Positions 1 to 13,423 of a DNA stretch of 64,000 nt are shown here, one piece after another (positions within the stretch are counted from its first letter, which is position 1; the number at the start of each line of letters is the position of its first letter). Both the position numbers and the translations under genes were made by a program. This DNA comes from Magallana gigas (lineage: Eukaryota), in assembly GCF_963853765.1 (NCBI RefSeq), contig NC_088862.1, forward strand, positions 9,486,001 through 9,550,000, given 5' to 3'. The notes under the pieces were generated by a model that worked only from the letters and a program-made list of their open reading frames with translations, had not been told where the DNA came from and ran no database searches.

Positions 1-998
1 AATGACGCATGGTTTCATCAGGCTCATAACTTATTAATACTCTCCTAATTATTGTATTAAGGGCCATTAGGTGTAAAATTTCTCTCTGAAAAATGATGAA
101 GTGATCTCCTGAAAATTAGACAAGGTAATCAAAGGCATATATTGTGTAATTCAAAGCAACTGTTATAATTCCTTTCTTTTTTTCCTAAGTGATCAATTAT
201 AAATCGATTGCCTTTTATTGTAATTGAGCCCATGCCTGATAAACTTTCTATTTAAATTAATATGTTTTAAAAACGAATGCATCTAGCCCTCCTGTTCAGT
301 TAACAAACACGTATATTTTCATAACTTACGTGCAATTTATAATTTAAAAATTATTGAGGTACCATAAATAAGATAAAAATAAGAACCAGCTTTGCTATAA
401 ATAATGTCCTCTATAATGCTTAAAAATAGCTAAACCTTCCAACGTTTTTCCAACTTGAATGGTAAACATAATGCATACAAGTAAAAATATTCACGCAAGC
501 ATGGCGGCAAACTATTTTTCTGAAATAAAATATCGATACATAAGAAATCCACCCATAGACATGTATAAAGTTGTGAACATCCGCCTATTGTTGAAAATGA
601 ATGAAATGAAAGAAAAACACAACATTTGTTTCATTTAGACAGCTTACTTTTTTTTCTTCTTTTTTCATGACTGGTATTATTTAACTACATACTCTACCTG
701 ACGAAAACTATGTTGCATAGACAAAGTGTTTTGTTGATGTACACGTTCATTATATACTTTTTTTTCATTTCAAGACATATAAATCACCGCCTTCTTCTGG
801 CCAGTGATAAACCTCTTTACGGGCAAGATTACGTCATAGCCCGGTCGACCTCTCGCCAGTCCGGTATATTAACCAATATAACGTCAAAAGAGATCAAACG
901 AACTGACAGTGGTTGTAAAGAATTATTGGGAATGTGGCCTGTAATAAACCTCCATATAGGCAAGATTACGTCATAGCCCGATCGACCTTCTGTTTTAC

Positions 999-2312
999 CT
1001 AAATTTCAAACAAATTCCTAAATTATAACATTTTATAACAATCATCCAGGCAAAAATACACAATCATAAATAAGGTTAAAATATAAGTACTTTAAGGAGG
1101 CTGGATGGATAGTAAATTACTCATCAGATCTAATTTTTAGATGTTTGTATGATTGTGGGGTTTTTTTTTGGGGGGGGGGGTTTCGTTCTTTTTTCTTTTT
1201 TTTTGGTTTTTTGGTTTCTTTTGCTATAAACTGAGATAATGTACGAAGAAAATTTCCAAGTATGAATATTCTCCTATATCCTTATACAAAACTCTTTATC
1301 GCAAGGAGATGAATATAACAGTCTAAAAATGCCCATCACCATCCAACCCTCCTAAAGTCATTCTTTTTCTAAAGTTTGATCTTTGAGTTAACTTTGTTGA
1401 ACATCAATTTTTGTGGATTTTGATGGCAGAAATTCAGATTTTTGTAACTTAAACACCTCAAATGCAAAGCCTACTATTTAGAAAAATATATTTTTATATT
1501 TAAGATAAAGTTTATAATATATATTATTGACAAATAATTATTATTTGTATATTGTATGACTTTAACCAAGAAATGTTAAACTAACGCTTTGTACATAAAC
1601 ATTGTACAAAAATAGTTGTTTTAAATGGTTGTACGACACAGACAAAATGCACAACGTAATAAATCCAAGGACATTGGTCCATTAAAGTTATTAAGCGTTG
1701 CTAGAATGACCAGTGGGTGACTTTTTCTTAATATACATTGAATTATACTGAGTCATGAATACCAAACTGCAGGATATGACCTCGGCAGGATTTTGCATTT
1801 TGCATTAAGACAATTTTGTACAAGTATGGAAATAACATCTAGAGCATGCTTGTCCCATAAATTGCAAATAGTGCATTGTAGGCTCTCTGCATGTAATGAT
1901 TTACGCAACTATAGAACCACTACCTAATGCAAAAGCATACTGTTTTATGATTTCCAAATTTTTAATTCATCATGAACTGTTTTGTATTTGAAAAATAAGG
2001 TTATTCTTATTATGCGCGCGTTTTTCTATAGTCATATAGATTATAATTCTTATTGTCAGAAAAATAACATCAACAATGCAAAACTTTGCATCGATATAGC
2101 AATTTTAAGTTCATGTAATATTGCTTCTACGTTACATAAACTCTCAAATACTACTAACCAGCTTCATTATCTTATCTCTTTTGTAATTTTCTTCTCTATA
2201 TCCAAAGTAGATTATTCTTTACTATAAGATATATTATATGACTACATTCAGTATTTCTCAAAGAACATCAGTGACTCTCCTCGCGACTTCAAACCGGATT
2301 ACGACCTGATAT
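999..2312 (+). repeat. Copy 1 of a ~1.3-kb locally duplicated segment
   Basis: Runs ctaaatttcaaacaaattcctaaa ... ggattacgacctgatat and recurs near-identically at 5174-6493; the 81-aa ORFs at 1982 and 6163 are near-identical translations. Confidence 0.9.
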
Positions 2313-5173
2313 TATACTTACGCTGATTAATATTTCATTGTTGTGAATATTTTCTAACAGTTAAATGACTTCAGTTGATTATTTTTTTAGTAAATGTATA
2401 CCAAAAGTAAATTCATCAAATTACAGAATGAAAAGTAAAATAGTGTGACAATGCTTTAAACGCTATGGGATATTTTTGTCAGCATAATTCCACTGTTCCA
2501 TTGGCTTTTCCGTTCATTGCACATTACTCGTTGAATAAGGCAGATATTTTTTAAAAATAAACTATATTTGCGGAAAGGGAAAAATATTAAAAAACGTGAA
2601 TATAAGCATTGAATCATTATTTTTCGAAAGATGTGGTATCATGCAACGGTGTGTGCAAACAAATTTTCATAACGCACTAGCGCGCGTTATTCAATTTGTA
2701 TGCGCATTATGAAAATTTGTATGCACACATCGCTGCAGTTATGAGACTGAATACTTCAAAAAATCATGATTTAATGCTTATATTTACATTTGTTTAACTT
2801 CACGCCTAGTCTGAAAATGTGATTTATACCAAAACATTCCTATCTTATCCTAAGGGTAAGTTCATATTAATTTTATGGAAGAGCCACAGTAACAGCCACA
2901 AGCGTGAACTTTTGATTTTCGCTTGTGACGTTGCAGTTTACGGCGTTCAGCGTTTGTGACGTCATTTTAACCTTTGAGTACCCTTTGTGCATTACAGTGT
3001 TATAACTGCCGCAGCTTTCAACAAGCTTCGCAAGCAAAAAATATGTAAATATTAGCCCATAAAACATGTCGTTACGTGGATTCTCTGACTTTGACTTTCT
3101 TTTTTCAAGAAACGATTACATTTTATTAAACTTTAGTAGGATAATGTTGACGTCTTTTCTTGTAAAAATTTCAAAATTTATAGCAGCAAAAAAATAGTAA
3201 CGAAAATCCCATATCTTTTAACGAAAACCTGTGATAATTTCACTTCACAAGTATTTGTTTTAGAAGCAGTAACGCTTGGTAGTTTTTTTATTTAACAAAT
3301 TCAGTATAGCTTCATGTAACTGAACTTTTTTTAAATCAGTTACTGGTATATCAGTGATTTAACGGACTTTACATTATATTTCAAATATTTCCGTGAGATA
3401 ATGCATTGACCTTCATTTCAACAATAAAATACAGCTCTGTAAAGTGTGACTACCTATAAATAGATAAAAATCACTTACGTATAAACCCCCGCTGCGCATG
3501 CCCCAGGTAAACCCTATCCGTAAATAAAACAACAAGCATGTGCGTGTATCTATACATTCTGGATAATATCATGTTTGTACATGTATATAGCCACTGAAAT
3601 TCAATTGGTTTCAAACAAAGGCTGTTCCTTGTCGTCTTGTTATGCAACAGAGCAAATGATGATATAATGGGGTAGAAAGGATCAAAATGGATCGGGCCTA
3701 AACTATGATTATTTATATGTCAACATTTTTGACATCAATGGAAAAATATTGCTCTCTGCTATTGTAAAATTAGATATCAAAGACAAATCTGTGTTTTGTA
3801 AACTTTCAGCTGAAAAAAGTAAATAAAGTATATTTGTAATATGCAATAAAATCATCATTCTCCAAATATTACTTCGCCAATAACATAGCAAATAATTAGA
3901 CCACATTGGTGACATTTTTGCACTTATATGAAGTTCATATTACATAAAAATGGCGAAGTTACAACAATAGAATAAATGCACATAAATTCTGCTTTCGTTT
4001 TTTAGTGTTGGGCTATGACGCAATTAAATGAAAATTAATTGATCAAAATTGGAATAAATAAATAATGATTTTTTTTCTCATTTCATCCTAGCTACATTTA
4101 AAACATTTTTACTGGTTGAAATTTTGTATTTATAAATCATGTTTCACCAGTGTATGGTTACAAATATTAAATTAACCTTTTTAAAATATTTTATTTTCAA
4201 AACAAATTTGTCAAATCCTACATTTTGAATAACATTTATTCAGAACTTTATGTATTTTATACCTTTTTGTGTGATTTTTATTGCTAATCAGTAAGAAAGA
4301 CAAAAAAAATGTGAATGTCTTATTATTGAATTGTTAGTTCAAAAATAGAAAATACGTGCCATAAATTTCAACAGATGATTTCTTTTTTTTTAATTGGTCT
4401 TGTATTTAAAAAAAATCATATTTTTGAAGCGACAAAACTTTAAAAATTTGTTGATTGGTAATCACTGCGAATGGCATTTCAGAGGGGTAAATGGTCGTTA
4501 ACAATTTTTAGACTATATTAATCTTCTTTTAAAGAATGCTCTTTATAAAGATAAAAGAAAATGTTTAAATTTTAAAACTTAAATATTTGCAATGATTATT
4601 CACAGAATGATAGTTTATAGCTAAGAGAATCATATCTAAAAATTTAAAATAGATCTTATTGGTAATTTGTTGACAACCCAGTTTCCAATGTAAGTTTATC
4701 CTGTTGATGTGAAGTGGACATTTTATACTCCGGTTATTAATTATTAAAACATATTTGCAGGTGTCTTATATTTTTTTATTAGTATGCTGTCTTATTATGT
4801 TTCTAATGTATTATGTGATTAAGAAAAATAACAATCTTTAAAAGCTTGATGAAGTAAAACTTCAAATTCGTAATTTAGTAAGATTTTATTCTTCAGCTCG
4901 TATTTGTGAAACAATAAAAAAGACATTGTTTCTCTTTATATACTACACGAAGATCTTACTAATAAAAGTTTCTTGTGTAACAATTGATTTTTAATGATAT
5001 CTGATGACCATACATAATTTTAATAAAATACCACTATTCAATGTAATATAAGTCCAAAAACATGTTATAATAGATATTTATCTACAATCACGACAACTTA
5101 TTTGCAAGTATAAGTTTTATAGATCCCGACCTTAATGCGATTACAAAAAAAGGAATTTTAATTTCTGTCTTTA

Positions 5174-6493
5174 CTAAATTTCAAACAAATTCCTAAATTT
5201 TAGCATGTTATAACAGTCATCCAGGCAAAAATACACAATCGTAGATAAGGTTAAAATATAAGTACTTTAGGGAAGCTGGGTGGACAGTAAATTACTCATC
5301 AGATCTAATTTTTAGATGTTTGTTTGATTGTTGTTTTTTTTTTGGGGGGGGGGGGTATGGGGTTTTTTTGTTTGTTTGTTTGGATTTTTTTTTTTTTTTG
5401 CTATAAACTGAAATAAAGTACGAAGAAAATTTCCAAGTATGAATATTCTCCAATATCCTTATACAAAACTCTTAATCGCAAGGAGATGAATGTAACAGTC
5501 TAAAAATGGCCACCACCATCCAACTCTCCTAAAGTTATTCTTTTTCTAAAGTTTGATCTTTGAGTTAACTTTGTTGAACATCAATTTTTGTGAATTTTGA
5601 TGGCAGAAAATCAGATTTTTTTTTGTAACTTAAACACCTCAAATGCAAAGCCTACAATTTAGAAAAATATATTTTGATATTTTAGATAAAGTTTATGATA
5701 TATATTATTGACAAATAATTATTAATTGTATATTGTACGACTTTAACCAAGAAATGTTAAACTAACGCTTTGTACATAAACATTGTACTAAAATAGTTGT
5801 TTTAAATGGTTGTACGACACAGTCAAAATGCACAACGTAATAAATCCAAGGACATTGATCCATCAAAATTATCAAGCGTTGCTAGAATGACCAGTAGATG
5901 ACTTTTTCTTAATATACCTTGAATTATACTGTGTCATGAATACTAAACTGCAGGATATGACCTCGGCAGGATTTTGCATTTTGCATTAAGACAATTTTGT
6001 ACAAGTATGGAAATAACATCTAGAGCATGCTTGTCCCATAAATTGCAAATAGTGCATTGTAGGCTCTCTGCATGTAATGATTTACGCAACTATAGAACCA
6101 CTACCTAATGCAAAAGCATACTGTTTTATGATGTCCAAATTTTTAATTCATCATGAACTGTTTTGTATTTGAAAAATAAGGTTATTCTTATTATGCGCGC
6201 GTTTTTCTATAATCACATAGATTATAATTCTTATTGTCAGAAAAATAACATCAACAATGCAAAACTTTGCAACGATATAGCAATTTTAAGTTCATGTAAT
6301 ATTGCTTCTACGTTACATAAACTCTCAAATATTACATACCAGCTTCATTATCTAATCTTTTTTGTAATTTTCTTCTCTATATCCAAAGTAGATTATTCTT
6401 TTCGATAAGATATATTATATGAATACATTCAGTATTTCTCAAAGAACATCAGTGACTCTCCTCGCGACTTCAAGCCGGATTACGACCTGATAT
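5174..6493 (+). repeat. Copy 2 of the ~1.3-kb duplicated segment
   Basis: Colinear direct repeat of 999-2312 with scattered substitutions and small indels; offset ~4.18 kb. Confidence 0.9.
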
Positions 6494-6535
6494 AATAGGA
6501 AATGACCTCGGCAGGATTTTGCATTAAGACATTAA

Positions 6536-7018
6536 AGGGGCATAGTCACGATTTTGGTCAATTTTTTTTCTGCTTTTATTATTTACAATGTTTTGGAAAT
6601 GCATTCCTAATGATCAAATGAAATGTGGGTGCCAGTCGATGAGTTTTAAGCAAGATACAGGGCTCACAATTCTTCGTCATGTAAGCAAGGCTCCTGCCCT
6701 GTTTTTGTTTACATAGGTTCAATATACCAGTAAAAATTCTTTTTCAAGCTGATTTGTCCATTTTCTTATTCATTTTAAGCATAAATAAACAGTTCCTTAC
6801 GATTAACACATTCATTGTAGGTCTTAAACGGGAATTTTCACTTCAACTTTCAAAATGTTAACAAAAGCATTGTTTACATAGCGAAAAATTGTAAGCTCTG
6901 TAACTCGCTTATAACTCAAGAAATGATACTCAAATTTTGGTTGCCTATTGAAAATGCCTTACTGAAGCACCGTGCACATTAAAATCGGAAAAATATTTTT
7001 TGACCAAAATCGTGACCT
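6536..7018. mobile_element. Non-autonomous DNA transposon (Kolobok-like MITE, TTAA target)
   Basis: TTAA at 6532-6535 and 7019-7022 flanks the inverted ends aggggcatagtcacgattttggtcaa / ttgaccaaaatcgtgac(ct); the right end lacks ~7 bp. It is absent from the homologous position of copies 1 and 2. Confidence 0.65.
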
Positions 7019-7293
7019 TTAAGACAATTTTGTACAAGTATGGAAATAACATCTAGAGCATGCTTGTCCCATAAATTGCAAATAGTGCATTGTACGCTCT
7101 CTGCATGTAATGATTTACGCAACTATAGAACAACTACCTAATGCAAAAAACATACTGTTTTATAAGGGCTCGAACAGCGTATTATAATTTCTGTAAGAAA
7201 GAAAACTCTGTGAAAGTATATAGGGAAACGATCACATTTCAAAGTTTAAATGTTTGGATTTCTTTCTTACTAAATGGTGCTAAACAGTTGTTA

Positions 7294-7295
<2 letters not shown>

Positions 7296-7374
<79 letters not shown>
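7296..7374. repeat. (TA)n microsatellite
   Basis: Uninterrupted AT dinucleotide run. Confidence 0.98.
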
Positions 7375-7376
<2 letters not shown>

Positions 7377-9402
7377 GCTGCATCAAAATTTAATTTAAAA
7401 AATGATGTCCAAAATTTTAAATCATCATGAACTGTTTTGTATTAAAAAAAAATTATTCTTAGTATGCCCGCGTTTTTCTAAAGCCATAGAGATTATGATT
7501 CTTAGATTATGAAAAAAAATTGTTAGAAAAATAACATCAACAATGCAAAACTTTGCATAGATATAGCAATTTACGGTTCATGTAATATTGCATCTACGTT
7601 ACATAAACTCTCAAATACTACATACCAGCTTCATTATCTTATCTCTTTGTAATTTTCCCCTCTGTATCCAAAGAAGATTTTTTTAAAAGATCTATTTTTT
7701 TTTAAAAGGATACATAGTTGTGTTTAAAACTTTTAAGTCATCATATGTTTTTAGTTTAAACAAGCGATGATAGTTATGAAATAGAAATTAAAAAAATTCA
7801 AAATCAAATCATTTTATGTTTTGTTTTAAATAATGATATCTCAGATGTTTTAACGTTAAATCTCATCTCTAACATGATTTACAATTTAAAATTTAAAGCT
7901 TCATAACTAACCAAAATGACCATAATAGTGCATCAATCAAATGAAAATTTGCAATGCAGCAGGAATCATTTTATGACACTGTAAAACATTATTAAAGAAC
8001 GTGGCATAAAAAATATTGAACAGTTATATGTACTTATGTGTGAACCTCATGTGACGATATGCATATATTTGAAGGTTATATTATTTACTTAAAATCCATA
8101 TTAACTTGGTTATAAAATAATTTCAATACCATGCAAAATAAGCTCTTTCAATATGATAATTTCCTTGCTCTCTGCATGATTAATTGCAATCAACGACCAA
8201 ACGTCACTCCACTTCTGAATTCATGTTCTTTTTAATTGTTTGGTACGAGAATCACGTAAACAAACATAAAATGCAAACACCTTGAAATAAGGTGTTTAAC
8301 ATAATTATATTTTTTATATTTTTTAAAAATCATTTTAATGTCAATGATGATTTTGCATGGATACATGTAAACATATCAGAAGCTACAATAAGAATACAAT
8401 GATCGAGCGAAAATTTAATCCATCAAAGTATTTATAAACTAAGATAATTTGATTCTAATAAGGTAATTTTTCAAAATTTGGTCAAATGTAATCTTTTTCT
8501 GGTATCACATGAATGAAAAAAAAAATAACTAATGTTGGCATGTTAACGTACATGTATCACAAAGTTAATGAATAAATTCATTTTCTTAGAGTTTTAGAAT
8601 TGATAAAAAGTTGATAAATTAATACATTTTTATAATGTTCAGAGATCTCTTTAAAGAATTGATCTAAACTAGTGTTTAAATGTACTAGTACCTTTGAAAA
8701 AGTTAATAATCCATTTTATTCTGAATTTTGACAAAATGCACTTCCTTGAAAGGAATATTAGAATCTAAATACCAAATGATAAAAAAAGTTTCATCTAATA
8801 ACATGCCACTGCAAATTTACCTAAGCCATTTACGTAAACCATTGTATAAATATATCTTAAAAGAGTTCAGTTACGAAACAGATATTTTGAATTCGGTCGT
8901 ATAACAAAACGTATTCTAAGTAAACTGATTACCCCAAAAAATATGTAACATCCAGTCAAACTGAAAATATAGCAATTGTTTAAAAAAAAAAAAAAACCTT
9001 AAATTACTGAGGTTGCTTATATATATTATAGTTTGATGAAGAAATCAAATTCCTGATTTTTTAAATGTTGGTGTGGTTGCCACACACCTGAACCACGTAC
9101 ACGTGCGCTAGATACACGTGGCTTAGTATGAGGTCGATGACAACTCAAACGTAAATGAATGACACATGTACAAACGATTTCCAACTTTTTCTAAGGTCAG
9201 AATAAAAGGAGAGCTAAAAATGCAGTAGGGCATTTTCTCGTATGTCTATATTTTCTCTAATTTAATACTGCCATTTTTAGTTGCTTAATTTATTATAAGA
9301 GGAGCGTATTTTTCACGGACTAATTTTATGGGGGATAATTAAGGAACAATAATTTTTATAGGTTTTTAACAAATCCTTGGATGTAAATTTTACTATTTTT
9401 TT

Positions 9403-9990
9403 AGGGTCTTCCGTTTCCGACGGAAGACCCTTTTGTAATTCTATCGTTTTTTGTTTTTTTATTATTATTATTTTCAATTTTTTTTTCTGATTTTTCCGAA
9501 CGCTATTTCAAGGGAAATACTTGACCGATTTGCATGAAATTAACAGAACGTATAGAACATCAATCTTACTTGATTTTGTAAAAAATTTTGGTGGATTACG
9601 TCACTTCCAGTTTGATATTTTGAGGATTAAGTGAATTTTTAAGGGCCGCTTTGTCCACACTTCTTCTCAAAACTTATTGTAATAGAAACGTGAAACTTTC
9701 AGGGATAGTAGATGAATGTCTGAAGATGATCTTATTAATTGATATAATTTTGAAAATGTGCAAGGCGCCGAAGACTGAGCTAAAAAATTTGCGCAATTTT
9801 TTTTCACGAAATTTTCGCACATTTTCTACATTAGCTTTAAATATTTATAACATACAATGCAAAAGTTGTTCAGATTTAATAGGACTTTGATATAAAGAAA
9901 AAGGGACTGGCCCCTAAAAATAAGGGCTTAGAGAGCTTCAAATAATTAGGAATAATTTGCTATGAGTAATAGAGACAAAAATGTTCAATG
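9403..9990 (+). mobile_element. Probable Helitron/Helentron-derived non-autonomous element (5' part)
   Basis: T-run followed by the subterminal hairpin agggtcttccg-tttccga-cggaagaccct (9403-9431), then a short TTA repeat. This architecture is recalled for mollusc HINE elements. The right boundary is uncertain. Confidence 0.4.
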
Positions 9991-10298
9991 TACAGCTTTT
10001 TATCCATACAATACCATATTTAAACCATATGTTGCGTAATAGGGTACGTCACGTGACACAGATACGGGTGGATGTGCCTGTTCGACGCTCTGTGTTTTTG
10101 ACCTTTGTTTCCCTGAAACAAAGTTCATTTTTCGAAATTTTGCTTTTGGGATCTTTACACTGTTATGTACAATCATAACATGAAGTTTTGTGACCGTATA
10201 TTTTGTGTAAATAAGTTTGGTTTTGTGTGTATATATGTTGTGATTTCATTTGTGCTGTGATTTCTGTTCACTCCTTTACCCTTGGATTTATTTACCTG

Positions 10299-12503
10299 GG
10301 GCCCGTTTCACAAAGATTTCCTCAGATGTTTCCTAAGATAGAACTTAAGATATGCCCAAGTTATAGCTCAGGAAGTTCCTAAGATTTGTCATAACTGTTT
10401 CACAAAACTTTCTTAGCGTATCGCAGTTGACTTATCTGAAGATACAATGTAAGCCACTTTCATATCATATTGGTAATTCTAAATTGATACCATTTATTTA
10501 AATTCTTTAAATTTCAATATGACACGAATGTAAACTTTTTTAATGAATGTAAAAAAAAAATCTTAGTAAAAAAGTAAAACGTGTAAATAGAATGTTAACA
10601 AAGTACATGTCTATGTCTATGTCTATGTACATGTACTAAAATTTTGTATGATATTTTTACATTCACATGCATACAAGAGTAGATCAAAATTACGTAATGA
10701 ATTCGTATAGTTATTTTTTTTTAATTTGAAAGAATGGATAGATCATACTATATTTTTTTTAGCTATATATATTTCGTTATTTATATTTTAATATTATTTT
10801 TTGGACAGCATACATTAATGGAAAACATTGGTCACTGCTATAATTTCTGGGTTTTTTTTTAATAAATGTTCGAGTGTGGTTTTCTTTTGTCTAGTTGGTC
10901 TTTTTTAAATAGCATGGCATGTGTCAACGTATACTAGCTGATATGCTAATTCCTAAATCTAAAAACGATCGTTGAAATATCCAGATGATTTTACTGTTTC
11001 ATACGGTATGTTCAAAATGGAATACAATAATTAAATGCAGTGACAAGTAGGATTTGGAATGGACAGATGTGGAACTTTTAAACTAAGTTTTTTATAACGC
11101 TAGTTTTCTTGTAATGATTTATACAAAATGGTGTGTTTTGTTTTGTTTTTACAAAAAGAAAAAATCGAATTTCGCAAATAAATGCATCTCGGCTGATAGA
11201 AGAAACGAGGATATAAGGCAAGATTTTCAATTACTGTATAAAACAGCATTCCTATGGAGGATTTAGCGTCGACATTCCTAAAACACTTCCCGGTCATTCC
11301 TACCCCCATCCCCCAACAAAAAAATCAATTAACACCCCCCCCCCCAAAAAAAATAGATCAGTGATTCCAGGGCGTGAATAATTTAATTAACATCAGGGCA
11401 CTAGCTATAACTGTACCCGCTATCAATCTGCGTGTGTGATCAGATAATCTATAAAAAAATGTAAAAATTAGAAGTCTACACCAAAAAATTAACTGATCAT
11501 GAAGGAATATAGGTATATTTTGAAAGAAATATATATGATAAGAGTTAAATTTGGCCCCCATAATTCGCCATTTTTTAAGTGTTTCGGGTACAATAAAATG
11601 TTAACTAATTTTTTAGAAGAGTTGATATAAAACATATTTTTCATCTATTTATTTGATTTATTTGCACTCACTGGCAGTATTTGACGTCAGAAGTGACGCC
11701 ATTTCTATAATTTAATCAAAATCAGCCAAAAATTGACATTTTTCTTATCTATTTACGAATGGGAAATATAGAGCGCATGCTTGAACAGAGAAATTTTTTT
11801 TGTCACTTATTAGTCTTGGCCAGATACATCTCTGATTAAAATATTTTATTTGTTCAAGAATGCGCTCTATGTTTTCGGAAGGAAAAACTGCTTGAAAACC
11901 AGCTGTTTTATGCTAAAAATGCAAAAATGGCGGGAAAAGGTTGTCTTTACAATGTCATATATCTAAATTGTGGGCACTTGAACCAAAATGAATTTTATGT
12001 AAACACATCACATACATATTTGTACTAAGAAAACAAAGAATGATAGTAAAATGATGATGTTCATTTTAGGGGGCCATTTTAGGCCCTTATCATATATAGT
12101 CATTTTTAAGTTTTCAGTTTAGAGTAATGTATCTCTATCGCTGGAGCTTTGAAATGAATAATTTGGACCATATAAATCTTGCATTTTAGGGCCAGTCATT
12201 AATTTTTACATTATAAGAAACATATATTGAATCTTTTTGAAAAGATTAAAAATCTTGATAAACGCCCTTTAATGATACGTGTATTCTAGTATTTTTGTTC
12301 AACTTTAATATGCATATAATTCATTAAGATAGCCATGTTTAGTTTGTTCCTAAGACATCCATATACCTGTCTTAAAGTTAAGACATAACTTAGGAAATTC
12401 ATAAGATAAGATTGGAATGGTGAAACGGATAAGTAATGAACTTAGGAAAAATTTCTTTCCTAAGATACAACTTAGTCCTTAGTATGCTTTGTGAAACGGG
12501 CCC
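10299..12503. mobile_element. Non-autonomous PIF/Harbinger-type DNA transposon, 2.2 kb
   Basis: Perfect 17-bp TIR gggcccgtttcacaaag (10299-10315) / ctttgtgaaacgggccc (12487-12503); 3-bp TSD CTG (10296-10298 and 12504-12506), matching the CWG target of Harbinger elements; subterminal cctaaga/cttagg repeats; no transposase ORF. Confidence 0.8.
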
Positions 12504-12509
12504 CTGGAG

Positions 12510-13423
12510 ATGGCGGACGGTTGATACGGTTGACAGAACATCCAAGCCGTTATACTTAAAGAATAATGATCTCCGCGGCTCCAGTGATAAACAAATCACT
12601 GATTTTGATCTAATAGACCAAATCAAACTGGTTATTGGTAATGATCTTATGTGTGTTCAACTGGACAGTAACCTATGGAGAATTTATCTGAAAAGTCCAA
12701 CAAAAAGTAGGCTTCAGCTTCTTACACAGGGTATTGACATCAATAATGGGTCTCACCAGTTCTATGACACCAACCCGTACACTTCTGGCGCTACATCGAC
12801 ATCTCAGAAAACCCTCAAATTACGGATTTGTGGTCTCCCCCTTTTCGTGGCTGATTCCGCCGTACATGAATTACTTGGCAAATTAGACGTTAATTTAACA
12901 AGTAAAATTCTATACGAAAAAATCCGCCACCCCGATACAAAGCGCATGACAAGCATCCTAAACGGGGCTAGGTTCATGTACATAGAACCGCTTCCTACAG
13001 GAAAGCATCTTCCCAGAGTTAATTACTGCTGCGGTATTCAGTGCAAACTGTTTCACTATGGTCAACCACAACAAAATATCAACTTGCTATGTACAAATTG
13101 CTGTAAAACCGATCATAATAGGTCTGCATGTACAAATGATGCTTGTTGTAAGGTGTGTAAGACCCTTGGCCATTCACCCGGAGATGAGACCTGCCCGCAT
13201 TATCAACCACAAAAACATCTTACCACGTCCTGCGGTGCCCAAGATGTCCTCTCCAACTTCTACCCATGTGAGCTAGAAATTTTTGGTGTAAAACATAAAT
13301 CGGCAGAACATTCCTTTTAGTATACCAAAGCAGTTCGGTGCGGAGATCTAGATTCTGCTAACGGAATTGCAAAAGCCTGCCGCCCTGCGCCTGGGTAAGA
13401 AGGTCAAATCCAATGACCAATGG
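12510..13423 (+). pseudogene. Tx1/L1-like retrotransposon ORF1 pseudogene: RRM-like region, CCHC knuckles and C-terminal NADAR (YbiA-like) domain
   Basis: LRICGLPL RRM-like motif; NGARFMY...LP...G.QC.LFHYGQP typical of Tx1 ORF1; knuckles CTNCCKTDHNRSAC and CKVCKTLGHSPGDETC. NADAR-like LSNFYPC...G...SAEHSF*YTKA..CGD...A..I continues after an in-frame TAG (13318-13320) and a frameshift to ALRLGKKVKSNDQW. The probable ATG at 12510 is out of frame by 1 nt. Confidence 0.7.

Larger units (their letters stand above)
6502..7690 (+). repeat. Partial third copy of the duplicated segment, interrupted by a MITE and a (TA)n tract
   Basis: atgacctcggcaggattttgcattaagaca ... aagacaattttgtacaagtatgg ... cagcttcattatcttatctc matches ~1777-2210 once the insertions are removed. 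Confidence 0.75.

Noticed and set aside
1982-2227. 81-aa ORF duplicated at 6163-6408
   Set aside because: TTG start, AT-rich low-information sequence; the similarity simply reflects the DNA duplication, and the third copy is disrupted.
12436-13320. 294-aa ORF as an intact gene
   Set aside because: Its first ~23 codons come from the Harbinger TIR; the real ORF1 is frameshifted near its start and has an in-frame stop inside the NADAR-like domain.
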